DNA of 37,426 nucleotides from a virus: UHGV virus genome UHGV-0281131; one strand, 5' to 3'. Shown piece by piece: positions 33,991 to 37,426 of this stretch (position 1 is its first letter; each line of letters starts with the position of its first letter). The notes under the pieces were generated by a model. It saw only the letters and a program-made list of their open reading frames with translations, ran no database searches and was not told where the DNA came from. The position numbers and the translations under genes were made by a program.

Positions 33991-35148
33991 ATGATAAACT
34001 TTTCTATAAAAGGAGGGGTAAGCTTGGGAAAGGAAAACTACAATTTGATACACCACAAAGATTTTCATAAACTGCAACTGCAGAATTACAATGTAAAAGA
34101 AAGGGCAATATTTTTAACTCTATGTTTGAAACTTATGGAACAGGAAGATGATGTTGTTAGTTTAAAAATATCAGAACTAACAAAAATATCCAATTATTCT
34201 CCAAGAAAAAAAGGGGATAATATAATACTTTTTCTTAAAGAATTAAATGACAAATTAAAAACTATGGAAATAATACAAACTAAAGAAAATGGAGATTTTA
34301 AAAGTATAACATTGTTTCCAACTTTTGAAGTCAACCAAGATTTTGGAGAGGTAAAAATAAGAGTAAATCCAGATTATAAATATCTTTTAAATCATTTACA
34401 ACCACCATTTACAATACAAGATGTTGTTGAATACTCTGGACTTAAAAGTGGATATTCTCAACTGATGTATAGCATTTTAAAAAATTGGAATAAAGCTAAG
34501 AAGATTAGTTTTAAATTAGATGACTTTAAAAAAGAGATGGGAATACCTGAAAATTATAGAATTTGTGATATAGATAGTAGGGTTATAGCTCCAATAACAT
34601 CAGAGCTTTCAGTTTTATTTAATGGGCTAAAGGTTGAAAAAATAAAAAATGGAAGGTCGGTAGCTGGGTTTGAGTTTACCTGGAAAGATAACAAGGTTGA
34701 TGATGTAGTAGTTGATGAAGAGGAAATAGAGATTTCAGAAGAGTTATTATCAGCTATTGAGAAAGCAGAGAAAAACAGATTTATAAAACCTTTCTTGACT
34801 GATGATAATATAATAAAACTTTTAGATAAATTTAGCCAAGAACAATTAGAAAAAGGATTGAAAGCTGCTTATGATTTAATTAAAACAGAATTTACAAGTC
34901 TTAATTACCTAGTAAAAGTCATAGAGGACAATATCAATAAACCTAAAAGAAAAATAGTTATAAGAAGAACTAAGGAAGCAGAAAAAATAAAAGAAGTTGA
35001 AGAGCCAGTAGTCAAGAAAAAAACAACTCCACTAACTAATGAAGAATATCAAAACGCTATAAAAATATATCAAGCCACTGGAGAAGATTTTGGTTATGAA
35101 CCAGAGGAAGTAAGAGAGTATATAAAAAAATATAAGGATTTAATATAG
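33991..35148 (+). CDS. rep: Replication initiator, Rep_3/RepB-like (iteron-binding); likely true start TTG at 34024 after AAAGGAGGGG
   Basis: N-terminal region (NYNLIHHKDF...ERAIFLTLCLKLMEQEDDVVSLKISELTKISNY) fits the winged-helix Rep_3 pattern. Preceded by iterons. The strong SD sits inside the track ORF, 6 nt before an in-frame TTG. Confidence 0.6.
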   Translation: MINFSIKGGVSLGKENYNLIHHKDFHKLQLQNYNVKERAIFLTLCLKLMEQEDDVVSLKISELTKISNYSPRKKGDNIILFLKELNDKLKTMEIIQTKENGDFKSITLFPTFEVNQDFGEVKIRVNPDYKYLLNHLQPPFTIQDVVEYSGLKSGYSQLMYSILKNWNKAKKISFKLDDFKKEMGIPENYRICDIDSRVIAPITSELSVLFNGLKVEKIKNGRSVAGFEFTWKDNKVDDVVVDEEEIEISEELLSAIEKAEKNRFIKPFLTDDNIIKLLDKFSQEQLEKGLKAAYDLIKTEFTSLNYLVKVIEDNINKPKRKIVIRRTKEAEKIKEVEEPVVKKKTTPLTNEEYQNAIKIYQATGEDFGYEPEEVREYIKKYKDLI

Positions 35149-35158
35149 GGGGGGTAAA

Positions 35159-35917
35159 ATGAAAATAATATCATTCATAACAGAAAAAGGTGGCACTGGT
35201 AAGACTACTGGTGCCAGAGAAGTTGCTGGGGTACTATCTCTAGTTCATAATAAAAAAGTTTTGCTTATTGATTGTGACTTTCAACAAAATCTAACTGAAA
35301 GTTTAATAGAAGCAGACCAAGAAAAAAATATCTTTAGAGCTATAAAACAGAAAGATTTAAAAGGAAATATAATTCCTATTGAAAGAGATGGAAAACATAT
35401 ATTAGATTTAATACCTGCAAGTCTTAATTTAAAGGACTTGGAATATAAAAAAGACAGTGTTGATATGGAAATGATTTACCTAGATTTAAAAAAGGGACTA
35501 GAGCAACTTCAAGAATATGACTATATAATTATAGATTGTAGACCAGATATGAGAGCAATAGAAAGGGCTGTGTTAAAGTGCAGTAATTATGTTATCACTC
35601 CTGTTGAAGCTCATCTATTTAGTTTTAGAGGATTTGAATTATTAGAGAACTTTATACAAGCTCTTAAAAAGGATTTAAACACTCCATTCATTCATTTTGG
35701 TTATATCAATAGGCTACAAAATGACAAAGAGATATTAGAAGCCACTGAAGATGTCAGAAATTCATTTGATAACATATTAGATACTCCTATAAGAGATAAT
35801 CTTAAAATATTTAAAGCCTCACAGACAGGACATTTTATAATAGAATATAGTTCTACATCAAATGGGGCTAAGGATTTTAAAGCTCTTACAAAGGAGTTGT
35901 TAAATAAATGGCAATAA
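35159..35917 (+). CDS. parA: ParA/Soj-family partition ATPase
   Basis: Deviant Walker A KGGTGKTT at residues 10-17, then ParA-typical motifs (LLIDCDFQQNLT; DYIIIDCRPD). Confidence 0.8.
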   Translation: MKIISFITEKGGTGKTTGAREVAGVLSLVHNKKVLLIDCDFQQNLTESLIEADQEKNIFRAIKQKDLKGNIIPIERDGKHILDLIPASLNLKDLEYKKDSVDMEMIYLDLKKGLEQLQEYDYIIIDCRPDMRAIERAVLKCSNYVITPVEAHLFSFRGFELLENFIQALKKDLNTPFIHFGYINRLQNDKEILEATEDVRNSFDNILDTPIRDNLKIFKASQTGHFIIEYSSTSNGAKDFKALTKELLNKWQ

Positions 35918-36573
35918 AAATAAATAGAAAACCTATAATTTTAAAAAAGAAAGAAAATACAGAAGTAATTATTCCAGAAAAAAATGACATAGAAGATATA
36001 TTGAAATATGATTATAACAAATTGGAAAATTTTTCAGATGATGATAAAAATCAATTAATTATATTTGAGAAAAGTATTATCACTAAAAAAGAAAATATCT
36101 CTTCTTTAGCACTACAAATAGGACAAAACTTGGAAGAGGCAAGAAAACTATTTGATAGATACTCTGAAAATCCAAGTTCATATATGGAATGGTACCAAGC
36201 TTTAGGATTTAATAAAGACCAAGTATCACTACTTAGAGGGAGATATAAGTTATCTTTAAGCTATCCGCAATACAACAATTTAATTTCAGACTTTTCAGAC
36301 AGAGAAGTAAAAGCTTTAGTGAATAAAAAGGTTAATGTAAGAATCCTTGAGAATATTTTATCTTCTGGAATAAGAACAGATAAAGAGATAAGGAAAGCTA
36401 TTTCGAGCATGCTCGAAATAGAAGACGCCGAGATAGTAGAGGAATCTGAAAAAGATAAGCTGGTATCCAGACTATCGGAGGTAGAGGCGAAAATAAGAAA
36501 ATTAGAGGAAGAGTTGAAAGAATTGAAAACTGTTAAGGCTGAACTAAAAGAAAAGATAAAGGGGTTGAGCTAA
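35908..36573 (+). CDS. Putative partition adaptor / centromere-binding protein (ParB-like role)
   Basis: 221 aa, overlaps the parA stop. C-terminal coiled-coil (EAKIRKLEEELKELKTVKAELKEKIKG). No canonical ParB box recognised. Confidence 0.35.
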   Translation: MAIKINRKPIILKKKENTEVIIPEKNDIEDILKYDYNKLENFSDDDKNQLIIFEKSIITKKENISSLALQIGQNLEEARKLFDRYSENPSSYMEWYQALGFNKDQVSLLRGRYKLSLSYPQYNNLISDFSDREVKALVNKKVNVRILENILSSGIRTDKEIRKAISSMLEIEDAEIVEESEKDKLVSRLSEVEAKIRKLEEELKELKTVKAELKEKIKGLS

Positions 36574-36830
36574 TGAAATTAAATGATTTATTAAAAGGAA
36601 ATAGAGAAAATATTCAAAGTATAACTATAACAAATGGGTTGATAACATATTTTAAAAATGATGTAGAAGTTTTAGATATTATAGACATACAAGATGGATA
36701 TAAAATTATTGTTGGAGATATTACTTTAAAATTAGATGAGTTCCAAGCAAGTATAGAAAGTTATTACAGTACAGATAAAATATTTTATTTTGACTTAATT
36801 GATTTTAAGGTTGATTTAAAATTAAAATAG
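36573..36830 (+). CDS. Hypothetical protein (85 aa), last gene of rep-par operon
   Basis: ORF whose start overlaps the previous stop (TAATG). Followed by a terminator. Confidence 0.35.
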   Translation: MKLNDLLKGNRENIQSITITNGLITYFKNDVEVLDIIDIQDGYKIIVGDITLKLDEFQASIESYYSTDKIFYFDLIDFKVDLKLK

Positions 36831-36854
36831 AGGAATTTTTCCTCTATTTTTTTT
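36828..36854 (+). terminator. Rho-independent terminator TAGAGG-AATTTTT-CCTCTA + T8
   Basis: Seen directly after the 85-aa ORF. Confidence 0.55.
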
Positions 36855-36864
36855 AAAAAAGATA

Positions 36865-36893
36865 TTGACGTCCCAGTGGGATAGGTTTAATAT
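36865..36893 (+). promoter_or_regulatory. Promoter P1 TTGACG-17-TAATAT with palindrome TCCCAGTGGGA in spacer
   Basis: Seen directly. First of two tandem promoters that share the same -35 hexamer. Confidence 0.35.
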
Positions 36894-36920
36894 TATCTTA
36901 ACTTGCAAGTGAAAAAATAC

Positions 36921-36949
36921 TTGACGGTCTCAGAGACCAGATATATGAT
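36921..36949 (+). promoter_or_regulatory. Promoter P2 TTGACG-17-TATGAT with palindrome GGTCTCAGAGACC in spacer
   Basis: Seen directly. 28 nt upstream of the SD AGGAGAG and the ATG at 36978. Confidence 0.4.
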
Positions 36950-36977
36950 AAGAAAAAACTAATAGGAGAGTGATATA

Positions 36978-37262
36978 ATGAAAGCTTATAAAGTTGTTCA
37001 ATGTTTAGAGCAAAATGATTTTGATGAGGAAGTTTTAGGAGTATTTACATTTGAAAAGTTAAAAGAGCTTGGAGCTAAATTAGTAGAAAAAAGAGAACAT
37101 TTTTCAGAAAAGATAGGAAGATTGACTGAAGAGGAAAATTTCTCAAATGTAGATGAGTTAGTAACAACATTAGTAGAATGGGATATAATAGACGCAGGAG
37201 GATATTTTCCTCGTGATATGTATGATACTCTTGAAGTTATTGAAATTGAAATAGAAGATTAA
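36978..37262 (+). CDS. Hypothetical acidic protein (94 aa)
   Basis: ORF with SD AGGAGAG. Flanked by a terminator on each side. Confidence 0.4.
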   Translation: MKAYKVVQCLEQNDFDEEVLGVFTFEKLKELGAKLVEKREHFSEKIGRLTEEENFSNVDELVTTLVEWDIIDAGGYFPRDMYDTLEVIEIEIED

Positions 37263-37297
37263 TATACGAGCCTTTTAAATCGTTTTTAAGAGGTTTA

Positions 37298-37335
37298 AAA
37301 AAGAGAGGTATATATTTACCTCTCTTTTTGTTTTG
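37298..37335 (+). terminator. Rho-independent terminator AAGAGAGGTA-TATATT-TACCTCTCTT + TTTGTTTTG
   Basis: Seen directly after the 94-aa ORF. Confidence 0.5.
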
Positions 37336-37426
37336 ACCTACCCTATTCTAAGGCTCATAAGCTCACATTTTATTTTTTCTTGTATTCTTGATATTGAACT
37401 AATACTTTTTTTATTTTTTCTGGAAT

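Overview
This AT-rich window has bacterial gene structure (Shine-Dalgarno sites, rho-independent terminators, sigma70-like promoters) and reads as almost one complete temperate phage-like element. It has three parts.

(1) A ~28 kb late and virion operon on the minus strand runs from ~28.4 kb down to position 1. Its gene order resembles T7-like podoviruses: small terminase, portal, scaffold, capsid with a terminator right after it, tail-tube and internal core proteins including an 1842-aa giant, large terminase, two collagen-like fibres, then endolysin and holin. A ~5.8 kb accessory island sits between the capsid and tail genes. It carries a serine recombinase, a MazG-like pyrophosphatase and a protein with an SSB-type DDEFPF C-terminal tail.

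(2) A lysogeny switch lies at ~28.4-30.8 kb. A CI-like HTH repressor is co-transcribed with a membrane protein, and divergent consensus promoters face each other.

(3) A plus-strand early, recombination, replication and partition module fills 30.8-37.3 kb. It encodes a J-domain protein, a Gp157-like protein, a Rad52/Sak-like annealing protein, an iteron origin with a Rep_3-type initiator, a ParA ATPase and a partner protein.

No integrase is visible. Iterons, Rep, ParA and a resolvase-like serine recombinase together suggest an episomal phage-plasmid lifestyle.

The most notable observations are these. The capsid, the scaffold and a third head protein share an N-terminal FNIQLF(G/A)G motif that resembles the ribosomal L27 / Prp-protease cleavage signal. 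Two genes lack canonical start codons despite perfect SD sites. Three structured ~60-bp intergenic repeats sit upstream of early genes. A hairpin-rich 446-bp island lies inside the late operon. A repressor-linked membrane protein is a candidate superinfection-exclusion gene. All functional calls rest on motif recognition by eye; no database search was possible.
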